From contig VSWD01000002.1 of the NCBI GenBank assembly GCA_033119305.1, positions 9,338,974 to 9,402,973 of the forward strand: 64,000 nucleotides of DNA, in the 5' to 3' direction. The notes below the pieces were generated by a model. That model was not told the DNA's origin. It saw only the letters and a list, made by a program, of their open reading frames with translations, and ran no database searches. This document shows, piece by piece, positions 13,383 through 25,740 of this stretch (the first letter of the stretch is position 1; the number at the start of each line of letters is the position of its first letter). The position numbers were made by a program, and so were the translations under genes. The stretch comes from Pinctada imbricata. Its lineage: Eukaryota.

Positions 13383-13948
13383 GGCAGTGGCTCTGCATGG
13401 ATTTAAACGTTCGTATCTTTAGACCTATGTCTCGGCGTAAGAACATGTTTCTGATTGGTCTGAACTGTCACGTGATCTAATGTCCATAGATATGAAATTG
13501 AACCCATATTTTAAACTTAAGTCCATTTTTACCAGTTACTTTTACTGGGTGCTCCTTACCTAGAGGAGGGATATTCACGAAGAAACTATAGTGATTACTG
13601 ATCAGTAATAGACGCGCACTTGTCGGCTGTTGTGTGCACGTACTGACGTTCCTTGTTCCAGCGGAAGTCGAAGTTTTTGAGAGTTTTGAGACAATAACAA
13701 ATACGTACATGGTGTAGATGCAACTCCGTGCTTTTTACATAATTGAATATGTCACAAAAAAGATACAGTTTGAACACAAGATGCCTTGAAAAAAAAAACA
13801 AACCAAATTGAAATATATTCATGATATATCAGGGACGTATATAATATATATACGTCCCTGGATATAATGCAGTAGCTCACTACGATTTGTGTTCGTACGC
13901 CGAGACATAGGTCTAAAGATATGAACGTTCGTATCCGGAGCCACTGCC
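13383..13948. mobile_element. Element bounded by ~62-bp inverted repeats
   Basis: ggcagtggctctgcatgga..agacctatgtctcggcgtaMgaaca at 13383-13446 is the reverse complement of 13891-13948. The interior contains a 31-bp near-perfect palindrome at 13830-13860. Confidence 0.65.
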
Positions 13949-14049
13949 ATTATTTTATTCAGGTTATTTATTTCCATCACTGAATTTGCAGAATTTTCAA
14001 CATTTTCGGGGCCTAAATTTATATGATCCATCACTTTCATGAAATGGAG

Positions 14050-14182
14050 CACAGGTGTCTGTGTGGTGGTAAATACTAGCTACGCTTCTGATGCGTCATG
14101 TGCCTACGTGTGTGTAGTAGACACACATATGCATATGACGCATCAGAAGCGTAGCCTAGTGTTTACTGCCACACAGACACCT
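14050..14182. repeat. ~133-bp near-perfect palindrome with ~51-bp arms at ~90% identity
   Basis: The arm acaggtgtctgtgtggtggtaaatactagctacgcttctgatgcgtcatgtg mirrors the arm 14130-14182. The loop gtgtgtgtagtagacacaca is itself palindromic. Confidence 0.8.
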
Positions 14183-14274
14183 GTAAAATGTAGGGGACAT
14201 TTTAACCTGTCCCATCTGACTCTTCATCACATGTGTATTCTTTCTGACATTAGACCTTTCCACTGATACAAAAA

Positions 14275-15230
14275 ATGTCAAACTTGTGACTTTGACATTG
14301 GAGTTTTACGAACTTTTGAAAAATTTGAACTTGTGACCTTGACATTGGAGTTTGACCTACTGTTGAAAAACTTGAACTTGTGACCTTGATGTTGGAGTCT
14401 GACTAACTTTTGCAAAAAATTTTAACGTTGGGCATAATCTTTAAATAGTTAGTGATACTGATAGGGCTTTCATCTTTAAGTTGGTTGTTTCTTGTGACAG
14501 GACAGTGATTTTTTTGCAATTTTTAAGAGCCACCCCTACCCTTTTGTTTGGGAAAATAAGCGACATTTTGGAATAAATTGAGAAATCTCAGACCAAGTTA
14601 CGTCTTGTATTTAAAGATTTAGACTATCATTACATTCAATACCTGTATCTGAAGAAGATTCGTATTGCAAATGATTTATACTGCAACATATATTCAAAAC
14701 GTCAATTTTAGTTTTTTTTTTTCAAATTGTGAATTTATGCCTATTATTTTGAGAAAATAAAGCCAAGTTTTGAAAGTGGAAACCACCCATATTCTGTAGT
14801 AAATTGGGCCCAAAAAATCACTGCAGTACCTTAGAATTGATATAAAAAAATACCTTTTGACCTTTGACCTTGGAGTTTTACCTACTTTTGAAAAAAAACC
14901 CTTTAGCTTTGGTCATCACTTTTGAATGGTAGGTAATAAGGCTGTCATTTTTCACATGTTTGATCCTTGTGACATAATACCTTTCCAATCATACCAAGTT
15001 TTTATACATGTACCTGATGGCCTTGACCTTGGAGTTCAATCAACATACTTTAGGAAGACATTGACCTTGTACTAAACTTTGTATAAATGTTAAGTGATAT
15101 GGCTTTCATGTCTCACATTTATTTTTCTCATGACAAGCCCTTTCCATTTGTATTTGTGTCATAATTTTTGACCTAGTGACCTTGACCTTGGACTTTGAGC
15201 TACTTTTATGACAAAAAGCAAGTGACCACA
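14275..15230. repeat. Copies of a dispersed repeat family built from TGACCTTTGACCT / ttggagttt / cttttgaaaaa blocks
   Basis: Three ~60-bp blocks lie at 14280-14420 and longer copies at 14860-15230. Related copies occur at 5500-5870 and 29500-29650 (gggctttgaYatttcacatgt...ccttgtgac). Confidence 0.35.
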
Positions 15231-15451
15231 AATCTCTGAATTTCTGTGTTTCGAAAAAGGGTCTTCCCCCAGGGCCAGAATCAAAAGATAAATCATTGTC
15301 CCCTTACTTGCTAATCTGCAAATGAGACTATTCAGCTTTATAAATGTCAAATTTATTTAAGTTCACATATGCCCGCTGCATCAATGAAACAACTTTGATG
15401 TAGACCGATCATGCAATTTATTATAATATGATCCTCTATTTATTGGTAGAA

Positions 15452-15610
15452 ATGGAGCTAGAGGAGGAAGGACAGTCTGATCTAGGTCTATTTATAGACT
15501 GCGTCTTCGTTCTGGATTTTGATCCCACGGTAACGTTTAAGGAGAAGAAAAGATGGAGAGAAATCATAACAACACGTGGTGGAACCCTGTCCTACATTGT
15601 CACCAGACAA
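15452..15610 (+). CDS. PARP4: PARP4-like gene, first coding exon (start of the BRCT region)
   Basis: ATG at 15452. MELEEEGQSDLGLFIDCVFVLDF..KEKKRWREIITTRGGTLSYIVTRQ aligns with human PARP4 MVMGIFANCIFCLKVKYL..KKKLQTDIKENGGKFSFSLNPQ. Donor CAA|GTACGT at 15611. Confidence 0.55.
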
Positions 15611-17483
15611 GTACGTAATTATTCACTAATGCAGAGTGATGTCAGCATTTTTTTTTTAAATATGGTCACCATGATATTCGGCCCCATTCCCCCTCAATGA
15701 TTTATTTTATATTTTTTTCCCTCTTGTCAGAGAAACTTCCTACCATATTGAGTCTTTGTGGAATACAGAGTTTTTCCCCTTACAGACGGTATCTGATGTC
15801 AAACAATTGTGACGTCATGAAAATGGTATGGTAACATCGATTTTATACCATCATTTCTCCATAGTCTTTGATGACGTCATAATCAGTCTACGTCAGATAC
15901 CGTCTCAAATGGGAAGTAACTCTGGTTTTCCAAAATAGTGAATAGAAGATTTTTTTCTTTGAGTTTAATCTTTTAAATTCGACTATAATTTTAATTAAAG
16001 TTATTATTGAATCAGAATTGATAAATATGATTGTTTTAATGTCGCTGTTTGTACTTAAACCATTCTTATGCTATCTGATAGAGTTTGAGCAAGAATTTAA
16101 TTTATTAAAAAATCCCCCTTTTTGGTTGTTCAAGAGCTTATTTTTCCCCATGCATGGGTGGATCCAGGAATTTTTTTCAGAGGGGTCCTAAAGTCCTATT
16201 TTTTTCAAGAGCGAAAAAAAAACAACAACAAAAACCGCAAAGGCAAGAAGATAAAGTTATTGATTGATGATTGTCAGTTCAATAAAACTGGTGTCTTGAA
16301 AGCAATGGCCAGCAAACAGCTTAAAATTTTGAATTTTCACATCATAGTAATTGATTAAATTGATTGTCAGTTCTAATATGTAAATACAACAAATGGCGAG
16401 CGATAGCGAGCCAGCGAAATTTTTTTCCAAGAATTGGAATAAAATTCACTAGTCGTCTCTTTTTCAATTTCTTTTTGTTTCCTGAGTGCCCTTGTTTATT
16501 GACCTAGCTGTAATGTAAATGAGTTGCATATAGGAAAGCACAGCATCATTTGAAAATAACGTACATGTATGTAATAAATTCTGGAGAGCGGAAGCGAGCC
16601 AGAGAAAATTTTTGAAATACTGACAGCAAAATATTATCAAAATGAAAGATTTCTAATACAAATTCATGATATATTTTTCAAATGTTATGACAACAAAAGG
16701 GAAATTGGGACTTAATCTTATGAAATATGTATATTAATAACAAAAATTTAGCAATGTTGCGAAAATTCCATCCGTGCTTGCCATGTATGGGCCCAGACTC
16801 CTTCCTTCCCCCAAAAGTGAGAAAAATACTGGATGGCTAAACTTTGAAATTTATCATTTTTATGGTATCCAATTTTCATGTTTTTTTGGACTGTAATGAT
16901 ACACTTTGCCCACGATATGATATGTATCACAGTATTTGATTTTGATACGATTCGTATCACAATTCTTAAATTTTTCACATAAAAGATGAAATCAGACTTA
17001 ATATAGGACTTTGGACATTCATAAATTGTATATTGTTTACTAGTATGAAATATGGATACCAATAAGATTGCAATGCCATGAAGTGTCAATCACCTTGATA
17101 CTTTATATAGAGTTCATTTATTCATAATCTATGCTGAAACTTTGTCTGCAAATATCTTTAAGAAATTAGACAGTCCGGTACCATGAATCAAACCGTAAAA
17201 AAAGACCACGGTTAATTGAGAACCAGGGTGAAGTGTTGCAACCCTAAAGGTTTCATTGAAATGATTTGTGGGTTCATTAATTATTTTGTGGATAATATCC
17301 AGCGGAAAAAAAAAGATAGATTAACAGAGAAAGATAACAAAATATTAAAGTGAAACACTAATAATGGAATTGCAAACTTAGTTCACATATATTTTTATAA
17401 ATTTTAAAAGTATGATTAACAATCAAATCAGATAGAAGAAAAACAAATAATGTTTTCTATTTATGGGAGACCTAAGCCGTATG

Positions 17484-18300
17484 ATCAAAGACATACAGGC
17501 ATGGTTTAACATCCCTGTTATCAGTAAGGCCTACCTAGAGGACTGTTTGTAATGCTGTCAATCTATATCTAATCTATTAAGTATTTTAAGATAACCTACC
17601 ACATCTTCGTTAAAGAGGTGATACCAGCGTCAAGTCTGAGATAACTTCAGGCATCGCAGTATGTAGGTTAGGCGTACCTAGAGAATTGTTTACAACGCTC
17701 ATTGTCAGTCTAATCTATTTATAGGTGACCGTCGTCTTGATCAAAATACACCATACCTGTGTCGAGTCCAAGACAACACCAGGTGTTGTGGTATAACATC
17801 CCCGTAGTCATTTAGGCGTATCTAGAGGATTGTTTATCATGCCCTCACCATTAATTTCAATCTATTTAAAGGTGACCAACGTCATCTTGATCAAAGATGT
17901 GATACCAGCGTCGAGTCTGAGACAACGTCAGGCATCACGGTATAACATCCCCGTAGTCATTTAGGCGTATCTAGAGGATTGCTTATCATGCCCTCACCGT
18001 CAATTTTAATCTATTTATAGGTGACCTATGTCGTCTTGAAGATGTGATACCAGCTTCATGTTTGAGACAACATCAGGTGTCACAGTATAACATCCCTGTA
18101 GTCAGTAAGGCGTATCTAGAGGATTGCTTGTCATGCTCTCACCATCAATTTTAATCTATTTATAGGTGACCTATGTAGTCTTGGTAAAAGACGTGATACC
18201 AGCGTCATGTTTGAGACAACGCCAGGCGTCACGGTATAACATCCCCGTAGTCAGTAAGGCATATCTAGAGGATTGCCTATCATGCTCTCACCGTCTGTCA
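17484..18300. repeat. ~128-bp tandem satellite-like array, ~6.4 copies, inside the first large PARP4 intron
   Basis: The unit gatcaaagatgtgataccagcgtcgagtctgagacaacgtcaggcatcacggtataacatccccgtagtcatttaggcgtatctagaggattg... repeats at ~85-95% identity. ORF 18166-18432 is an artefact. Confidence 0.85.
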
Positions 18301-18417
18301 CCACAGAAATATCTTATACAGAGAGAGGAGAAAGTTAAGGACTTCACTCGAGGCAAAATAACAAGTGAGTATTTCATTCCTTTTCAAGTTATGTTGCTAA
18401 TACTTAATTTCAAAGTT

Positions 18418-19150
18418 CAGGGATTTTTTTAGGGGTTCTGCAGGGCCGAAATTCGGCCCAATCCCAATGCTGAAAAGCAGGCATTTTTCCAATTTCTGAG
18501 CTCAAAATTCCCAATTTGAAAAAAAAAAAAAATTCCAATAATCAAAGTATAAAAACCCTTTGAAACTACTGAAAATAAATTTAGAATTATATCTGTTAAT
18601 TTGCGATGTGCACTATCTGAAATATAATATTCTTGGTACTACAGGTGTCTACACAGCCAATTGTGCCTCACATGAAATTCATGTGAAATTTACATGAACT
18701 TTACATGAAAGTTAACATGAAATTTATGTGAAACGAGCACGAACATGAAATTTACATGACATTTTTGACATGAAATTCATGTGAAGATTTTAACATAGAT
18801 GTTATGTGAATTCAATTTCCTGTGAAGGTCACTTCGAAAAATTCATGTGAAATTCATGTGAAGGAGATTTATGTGAAATTCATGTGAATTATTTTTCACA
18901 TGAATCTTATGTGAAATTTATATGAATTTTACATGAACTTTCATGTGAAATTTACATGATGCTCATTTCATATGAATTTCATGTGAGGCACAATTGGCTG
19001 TGTATCTTCATTGGTAGCAGATGTCAGAAGATCTTTTTGCTTGTTTTCTCAATTTATTTGTATAATTTTTTTTTCCAATTTCTACCAAACGTCGCTATTT
19101 TCCCCAATTTTGAAGGCCCAGGCCCCTGGAATCGAAGGGTAAAAAAATCC
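18418..19150. mobile_element. Foldback-type element with nested inverted repeats and an internal catgtgaaatt repeat array
   Basis: The outer inverted repeat cagggatttttttaggggttctgcagggccgaaattcggccc at 18418 is the reverse complement of 19085-19150. The inner inverted repeat ccaattgtgcctcacatgaaattcat at 18655 is the reverse complement of 18965-18998. The core is (cat/cac)gtgaaatttacatgaa repeats. Confidence 0.7.
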
Positions 19151-19374
19151 CTGCAAACTTATACGAGACTCATGCAGGGGGAATTCACAATAATAAAAAA
19201 TGTCCTTCCCATGTCGTTCCTGTTTTATAACTGAAATTAAGTATTATCAGAAATCAATAAAAAAAAAAATCAAATTATAATTCTATTAGTCTAGGTATAA
19301 CTGAACACTAGGCATACATTGTATTTACCATGTTACACATACAGAAAATGTTAAAAGTAAATTTCAATAATTGC

Positions 19375-20200
19375 TAAGCCAATTATGCCTCACATGAATT
19401 TCATATGAAATTAGCATCATGTGATTTACGTGAAAAATATCTGTCTTATACCCTGTACAAACAACAGGTTTATGCGCATTAAATCGAATTTAATACGCAT
19501 TAGATTTTAGCTGCATTCACACGGAGAATCTAATGCGAATTAGTTTAATTTGCATTATATTTAATGCACATTAGATTTTGCCTTGTGATAGCAAAGCGAA
19601 TCTAATTTGCATTATATCTGGCACATGCGTATATGATTAACTAGAATTCTACAGCATGTTTACATCATAACTGGGCACTTTTAATTACCATTCCTCGAAA
19701 CATAGAATAAGAGGTAAACATACTTGATTTCATTCACAATGAACACTGTACTGTGTCTCTTAACTTACGTAGAGCAACATAGTATTATGACGTCATTTTA
19801 TCTCACAATGACGTCATATGCTATAAATTAGCTTTTAACTTACGAATAGGTAAATAATTAGGAGAAAAACAGTATGTTTGCGTAGATTTGACCAGGCCTT
19901 TTAATATGACTCTCATTGCAAATGTACCAAAATCTAATGTGCATTAGAATTTGTCGTGTGAACGCAATTCGAATCTAATTTGCATAAGAATAAAGCGCAT
20001 CAAATCTAATGCGAATTAGATTTAATGCGAATTTGTGTGAACAGGGCATTAAATTCACATGAACTTACTTCACATCAATATCACATAAATTTTTTGTATG
20101 TGCTGTTCATGAAAAATTGAGAATTTTCATTGTATAAATTTCATGTAATGAAATTTTATGAAAATATCATGTTCGTGCTCGTTTCACATAAATTTCATTT
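19375..20200. mobile_element. Second foldback-like element of the same family with nested internal inverted repeats
   Basis: 19380-19440 (gccaattatgcctcacatgaatttcat) and 20040-20190 share the catgtgaa and acgagcacgaacatga motifs with 18650-18740. The inner pair is gaatctaatttgcat / aatctaatgcgaattag at 19450-19620 versus 19920-20040. Confidence 0.55.
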
Positions 20201-20211
20201 ATTTAGAATTC

Positions 20212-20389
20212 ATATAAGAATTGACTGTTCAATTTTGACAGTTTATTGGAGTATGAAGTTTGGTTTGTCGCATCACAAATTTTGCGTAAAACCGCTTCGC
20301 TACGCTACGCGGTTTTACACAATTTGTGATGCGACAAACCAAACTTCATACTCCAATAAACTGTCAAAATTGAACAGTCAATTCTTATA
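20212..20389. repeat. ~178-bp near-perfect palindrome with ~80-bp arms and a 13-bp loop
   Basis: tataagaattgactgttcaattttgacagtttattggagtatgaagtttggtttgtcgcatcacaaatt..gcgtaaaaccgc, then ttcgctacgctac, then the exact reverse complement. ORF 20130-20390 is an artefact. Confidence 0.9.
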
Positions 20390-21730
20390 ATTTCCAAACC
20401 CAAATTTATCCCAAATATACCAAGAAATTAGTAATATAATACATTGCGTATGAAAATATCAACTCTGTAGGGCCCGTAGGCGAACTAGTTCCCAGACGAA
20501 ATAGATATAATGTATACGTTGCTAGTTAAAGGCAGCAAATGTGTCAAAAATATTCGTTCCCCATCTGGAGCCCCATTTTACCAATCCATTACATCATCCG
20601 ATGATATGACGTAGCATTTTGATGACGCGTTCTGCAGTTCAAGTTCAAGGTCGCCGACATGACAGTTATGTGTTTGGATTGTACACGCAGGAGTTGGGAG
20701 TTTATACAGATAGATTCTCTGTACTTATAGATCTAATACTTGCAGAAAACGGCATGATTATGATCTATTGGTATCAGAATACCTTCCTAGGATTTAGTTA
20801 TTTCATAAGTGACAAGTTAATTGTGAAAATTCATGACGATACTGTATCCTGATCGAGGCCGAGGTAGGTCGCCGTCTTTTGATCTCTTAATTTTCTATTC
20901 GCTGTCAATATTTTCTCCTAAATTCTTCATCTCGCCGAAAATATATCATTAGAAAAGTTTCTAGTTCCAATACTTTATAGGTTCAGAACGATTGTACCTC
21001 ATAGAAATCAATTGAAACAGTGATCGTCGGTACTTTTGAAGTTCTCAATCAAAACTTTTGCACGTTGTCGTTGACAGTCGTCAGTCATTGGAAAATTTCA
21101 AACGCAGGTACTTGCTACTGTTACGACGGGAATGTAATTTTGAAGAAAATAGCTGAAGTTTCTGTTTTTCTCGTCATTTACTGATTTTTCTGTCTTTCAT
21201 GAAATTTTAAGGACAGGAAATGGTCTAAGAAACTTCAATAACAGGAGCATAGCAACCGAACAACGCTGTAAAAACCACGTATACCGGTAAATCATCGAAA
21301 TTGTCATAAAATTTTCATTAATTCTGATATCGTATTTATATCTGAGGACTACTGTTAATAACACTATTTTTTCTTTGCATAATTATCATTCGAAAGCCGA
21401 TCTTAGCAACATACTAAATGATTTTGATGGAAGTAGTTCCGGCTCTTCCGGTATTTTATCGTGTTCATTGGGGTATGAAGTGTATTTCGCCATTTTTCTG
21501 ACGATCATATTAACCAATCAAAATGCATAGATTGGTTTAAACAAATTTATTTGGAAATTATATAAGTATCACATGCATTTCACATGACTGTGTAGAGTAT
21601 AAAGGTAAGTGAAAATTCTTTGATAATAGTCATGGACTGCAGAAATTACTTAAGAATTTATAAGATGGATATAGTCTTTAGGTGAATGATATATGTCCAG
21701 TTGGGCCTTTATTATTTCTTTGATATTCAG

Positions 21731-21870
21731 CAAATGTAAAGAAATCAGCTACACAGAAACAACGTAAGCCCGTGACATTGAGCAGTGTTAGAAGCTGGCA
21801 TTTAGATGATGCTGATTCACCCATACCAAACAATGATCATTATGACTTAGCTAAGTGGAGCATTCTCAAG
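21731..21870 (+). CDS. PARP4: PARP4-like exon (N-terminal region); its reading phase requires at least one unplaced exon between 15610 and 21731
   Basis: Acceptor ttcag at 21726-21730, donor CAAG|GTAGAG at 21871. Open frame NVKKSATQKQRKPVTLSSVRSWHLDDADSPIPNNDHYDLAKWSILK. Confidence 0.4.
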
Positions 21871-22327
21871 GTAGAGTCTTTATATTGGAGATTTTTCTGA
21901 GGGTAAAGTAATTACTGTAAACAGTCTTTCATTTGCGAGCGTTTAATTTTTGTAATATTTGCGAGGTCCTTTGATTCGGGAAAATAATATCCCAACATAT
22001 TTGCAGAAAGATATGTTTATACAAATTCACGAAAATAAAACGGCACCAACCAGTCACCTCAGTTCTGTTTGAGAAATTAAGACGCTGCAAATAAAAGATG
22101 GTTTGCAGTAGTTCATTTTGAAGGAATCAATGCAGTTTTGCAAATTGTTGCTTAATTTTTGAGAAAAAGAATAAAACATGTAAAATGCAATGAAGATTGA
22201 TAGCATGCGATTGTTCAAAGAATTGAACACGAGAGCCTTTACAATTTTGGCTATAATGTTTGATATTGTGTCATATCTGAGATATTTATGAATAAGTCAG
22301 AAGTCTGATTTTGAATTTATGTTATAG

Positions 22328-22420
22328 CATGATACCAAACTACAAGTACTGGAGATTCACAGTATACAAAGTGGTCAGTACCGTCTGTATAGTCAACCAG
22401 GGGAGATCACTCAAGGAAAG
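22328..22420 (+). CDS. PARP4: PARP4-like exon
   Basis: Acceptor gttatag|, donor AAAG|GTAGGT. HDTKLQVLEIHSIQSGQYRLYSQPGEITQGK resembles human ..VVVELQCSRDSRDCPFLISSH. Confidence 0.45.
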
Positions 22421-23072
22421 GTAGGTTAAAACTCTTAATCAGTGATACTTTATAAAAAAATCTTGGACAATTATTGATTACTGGCTGCTTTGTCTAGTGG
22501 TTGAGACGTTGCGCAAATATACTGAAAGGTTGCTGCAGGGATCATTTTGGGGCTGCAAAATTTAGAGATTCTCTCATAGAAATTCTTGATTTTGACAGAT
22601 TCTCTCATAGAAAATGGTTAAAAATGTAAAATTCTCTCATCAGTCATGATCAGAGGAAACAGCAAGAATAATACCTGTTGCTGATTCAAACCGCACTAGT
22701 ACCACTGCTCTGCCGACATGTATACACTTACGTCTTATATGTTATGTGCGAAAAACGCCCTGGTCTGTGTTGTGATTACATGTCTGCAGTGTTTTGAATT
22801 TGAAAAAAAGTATTCATTATGATGGCATTTTGTAAGAGGAATGGGTCTTACTTTAATTTGTTGGATGTAATTGTAAAATTGCACACCTTACACCATTAGA
22901 GGACTTAGTATATAGTCCTGTAAACCTGGTTATTTTTGCTGGGGAAATTCTCACAAAATGACAACTGTAACAGTACGCGTGGGGTTAATTTTGGCAAAAT
23001 TAGGAGTATTCCCGTAAGTCTTTTTTGCTAGTTGTAATTTTCACGTGAGGGTTATATTTGCGATAATGGAAA

Positions 23073-23232
23073 AATTGACCCTTCCGAACGCGGGAAAAAT
23101 TTGAGAAATTCCATTACGTCACAATGCAATTTCGATGTTTGACCGAGGTTTTGAAGCTTGTTTGTCTGAGGTAAAAGCATTGTGATGTCACGAAATTTTG
23201 CATTTTTTCCCCGCAATCAGAAGGGTCAATTG
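23073..23232. mobile_element. ~160-bp MITE, copy 1 of a family with TTGACCCTTCCG termini, inside a PARP4 intron
   Basis: aaattgacccttccgaacgcgggaaaaa ... gcattgtgatgtcacg ... ccgcaatcagaagggtcaattg. The arms are a near-perfect inverted repeat. Other copies lie at 33858 and 44441. Confidence 0.7.
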
Positions 23233-23299
23233 CGAAAAATGTGTAAATCACCCCCATGCAAAATTTTCAATGTTTACAGTATTTAAAAAAAAATTTCAG

Positions 23300-23470
23300 C
23301 ACCTGACACCATTAGAGGACCCTGTTGTATGGTATTTTGACGATGTTTTAGATGTTATCAGTGGATTTCAGCAGCTATACAAACTATACCAGGCAGCACC
23401 CAATCACATGTCTCCTTGGAAAAATCCACGGTTTACATCCAATCAGATTGGTTCTAACAAACTGAAGTTG
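23300..23470 (+). CDS. PARP4: PARP4-like exon (PARP helical/regulatory region)
   Basis: Acceptor tttcag|, donor GTTG|GTAAGT. HLTPLEDPVVWYFDDVLDVISGFQQLYKLYQAAPNHMSPWKNPRFTSNQIGSNKLKL. Confidence 0.55.
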
Positions 23471-24039
23471 GTAAGTAAATTTTTGAATTAAGCAATACTG
23501 ATATGAGGGTAATTCCCTTCAAATTTAAAGAAAAAGCTATGATTGTTTTAGCACACATAGGTCATTGAACACATATACAATTGTATACATGCATACCTGT
23601 CAACTCTCCCTCTTAAAATAACAACCTCCTTCTTACTGATGAGAGACTCTCTCTTTTGTGCGACATCTATCACTTATCATTTTCCCATGAAAAAGCGTAA
23701 ACTGTATTGAATTTTACATAAAAATGCATTGTTATCAGCAAAGTGTCCACCATATACAATGGTAAGATATGTATGGGTATGCATCATATTGTAGTCTTTG
23801 TTTACACATTTTCTTTTAAGAGATTTAGAGAGTTACATGTATTATTCAATGAAATTGTTTGAAAGATGGTTCCCTCCAAATTTATTGCAAAATTTGTTCT
23901 GACGTAATCTTCCTCTTTTTAAATTGTCACACACTGAGATCTCCTTCTTTTGAGAATTTCAAAGTTGACTAGCTGTTATGTACATGTACGTGTATTAGCA
24001 ACCAAGTTCCTTGCTGTTACAAATGTGACAGGTGGAATG

Positions 24040-24380
24040 GAAAATGTGGCCAGTCCAGGAATTGAACCTGAGACCTTCTGCTTACACGGCAGACGATATT
24101 ACAGACTGAGCTAACCGGGCATGATACCCGGACTGTAACACTCCATCCCGCCTAATTTTGAGGTTTCCCAAAGTTGTTAAACGGAAACCTCACAAAGAAA
24201 GACTAATAAATCCCTGGTTCTTCCCCATAGTTGCCCTAAACCACAAGCAACTCATAAGGTTCACTCTCAAGGCACCAAATACTGTGACAGGCGGAATGGA
24301 AAATGTGGTCGGTCTGGGAATCGAACCCGAGATCTTCTGCTCACAGGGCAGACGCTCTTACCAACTGAGCTAACCAGGCA
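24040..24380 (-). mobile_element. Two tandem units (~250 bp each) of a tRNA-derived SINE-like element
   Basis: The reverse complement of 24290-24380 reads gcctggttagctcagttggtaagagcgtctgccctgtgagcagaagatctcgggttcgattcccagaccgaccaca. It has a D-arm, an anticodon arm and a GGTTCGATTCC T-arm. The 24040-24130 unit is a more degenerate copy. Both are followed by a shared ~150-bp body. Confidence 0.45.
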
Positions 24381-24535
24381 CGATACCCGAACCGTCACAC
24401 CAAATAAAGAACAACCTAATCACCAGATAAGCAGAACCCAATGACCAAAAAAGCACAGCCCAAAATAAAACCATCAATATTCTCTTGCCTCACTGTGATC
24501 CTAAAAATTACATGTTTTTGTTCTTCTCTTTACAG

Positions 24536-24673
24536 CTATTGAGTGAGCAGTGCATCTTTGGAAGTAATGTATCGACAGAAGTGGGACAATTCGTGGAACT
24601 ACTGTGGAGAGAAGCCGTGCAAGAAACAGAGGAAATTCTAACCATACCCATTCAGCACATAAAGAAGGAGAAG
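24536..24673 (+). CDS. PARP4: PARP4-like exon (regulatory domain)
   Basis: Acceptor tttacag|, donor GAAG|GTGCTA. LLSEQCIFGSNVSTEVGQFVELLWREAVQETEEILTIPIQHIKKEK resembles human ..SQEVSDLVEMIWAEALGHLEHMLLKPVNRIS. Confidence 0.6.
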
Positions 24674-25552
24674 GTGCTACAATTCCATCTCTCGTTACTG
24701 TATACATGGTGTATTAACCTTCACTACTTTTACCGTCAACTTTGTACCACGGACGTTTGTCTTAGTGAATTTGAATACCAATTTAAATGCGTAACTCAAA
24801 ACTAGCAAGTGGGGGGGGGGATCCGCTAATTATTGTCTATACAAAGTATTTTGCTTTTATAAAGCCACAAAAGAAAATATCAGGGAATGATTCTACTTAC
24901 ACAGTATGTCTATTGGGATATTTGATGCACTGTAAAATGATATTATTTCTCTGACATTGTTGTGTCACATGTGAAGCATAGCTTAGGGATCACTTTGGCC
25001 GTTGTCCGTCTGTCTGTCTGTCTGTCTGTCACACTTGGATGTCACACCCTATAAGAGTGATTCCTGAGTGTGGTTATGTTTCGCAGGTAACACATACATT
25101 CCTTGGAATTATTTTGTATTGTATCTATTGCAATATAATTATCTACACATACACAGTGACTTCCCATTTTGGATGGTTTCTGACGTAAAGTTATTGTAAA
25201 TTCATGGAATTGTATGGAAATACACTGTAAGAAAGAAAGGATATTCTGTAAGTGTACTAATTATAGGGGAATTCATCATGTATTTTATGGGAGTTACTGT
25301 GCTAATTAAAAAAGAGAGTGTTGAATTATTTAATTATCTCTTGTGGATAATGATAGAAACTAGGTCAAGTATGCTAATTCATGACCAGTCTTATGTCAGT
25401 TTGCTCCTTTTTGACTTGTTTCCACTAAAATTTACTTGTGCTTTTGAAGTAAGTACAAATGTACATTATAAAACTATTACATAAAGTTTGTACAAAAAGA
25501 ATTTTTTTCATAGAATAATTAGACTGTAACAAGGAGTCATGTAATTATAACA

Positions 25553-25740
25553 GGTAGAAGAGGCTGAGTGCCTACTCCAGCAGATAAAAGAGGAAGTGAC
25601 ATCACATACGGTAACCGGTAGCAACAAAGTGAACGGACTCCTGGAAAAGCTTTATAAAGATGTTCTACCTCACAAAGAAAAGTATCGTAAATCTGATATC
25701 ACGGCCAGGGATGTTACGGCTAAACTGGATCTATGCCAAG
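25553..25740 (+). CDS. PARP4: PARP4-like exon (regulatory domain)
   Basis: Acceptor aacag|, donor CAAG|GTAAGA. ..GLLEKLYKDVLPHKEKYRKSDITARDVTAKLDLCQ resembles human ..MMTEFYRLIPHKGTMPKEVNLGLLAKKADLCQ. Confidence 0.65.

Noticed and set aside
17484-18300. Considered a CRISPR-like array because of its regular ~128-bp periodicity.
   Set aside because: The units are whole-unit tandem repeats with no repeat-spacer alternation. The context is a eukaryotic intron.
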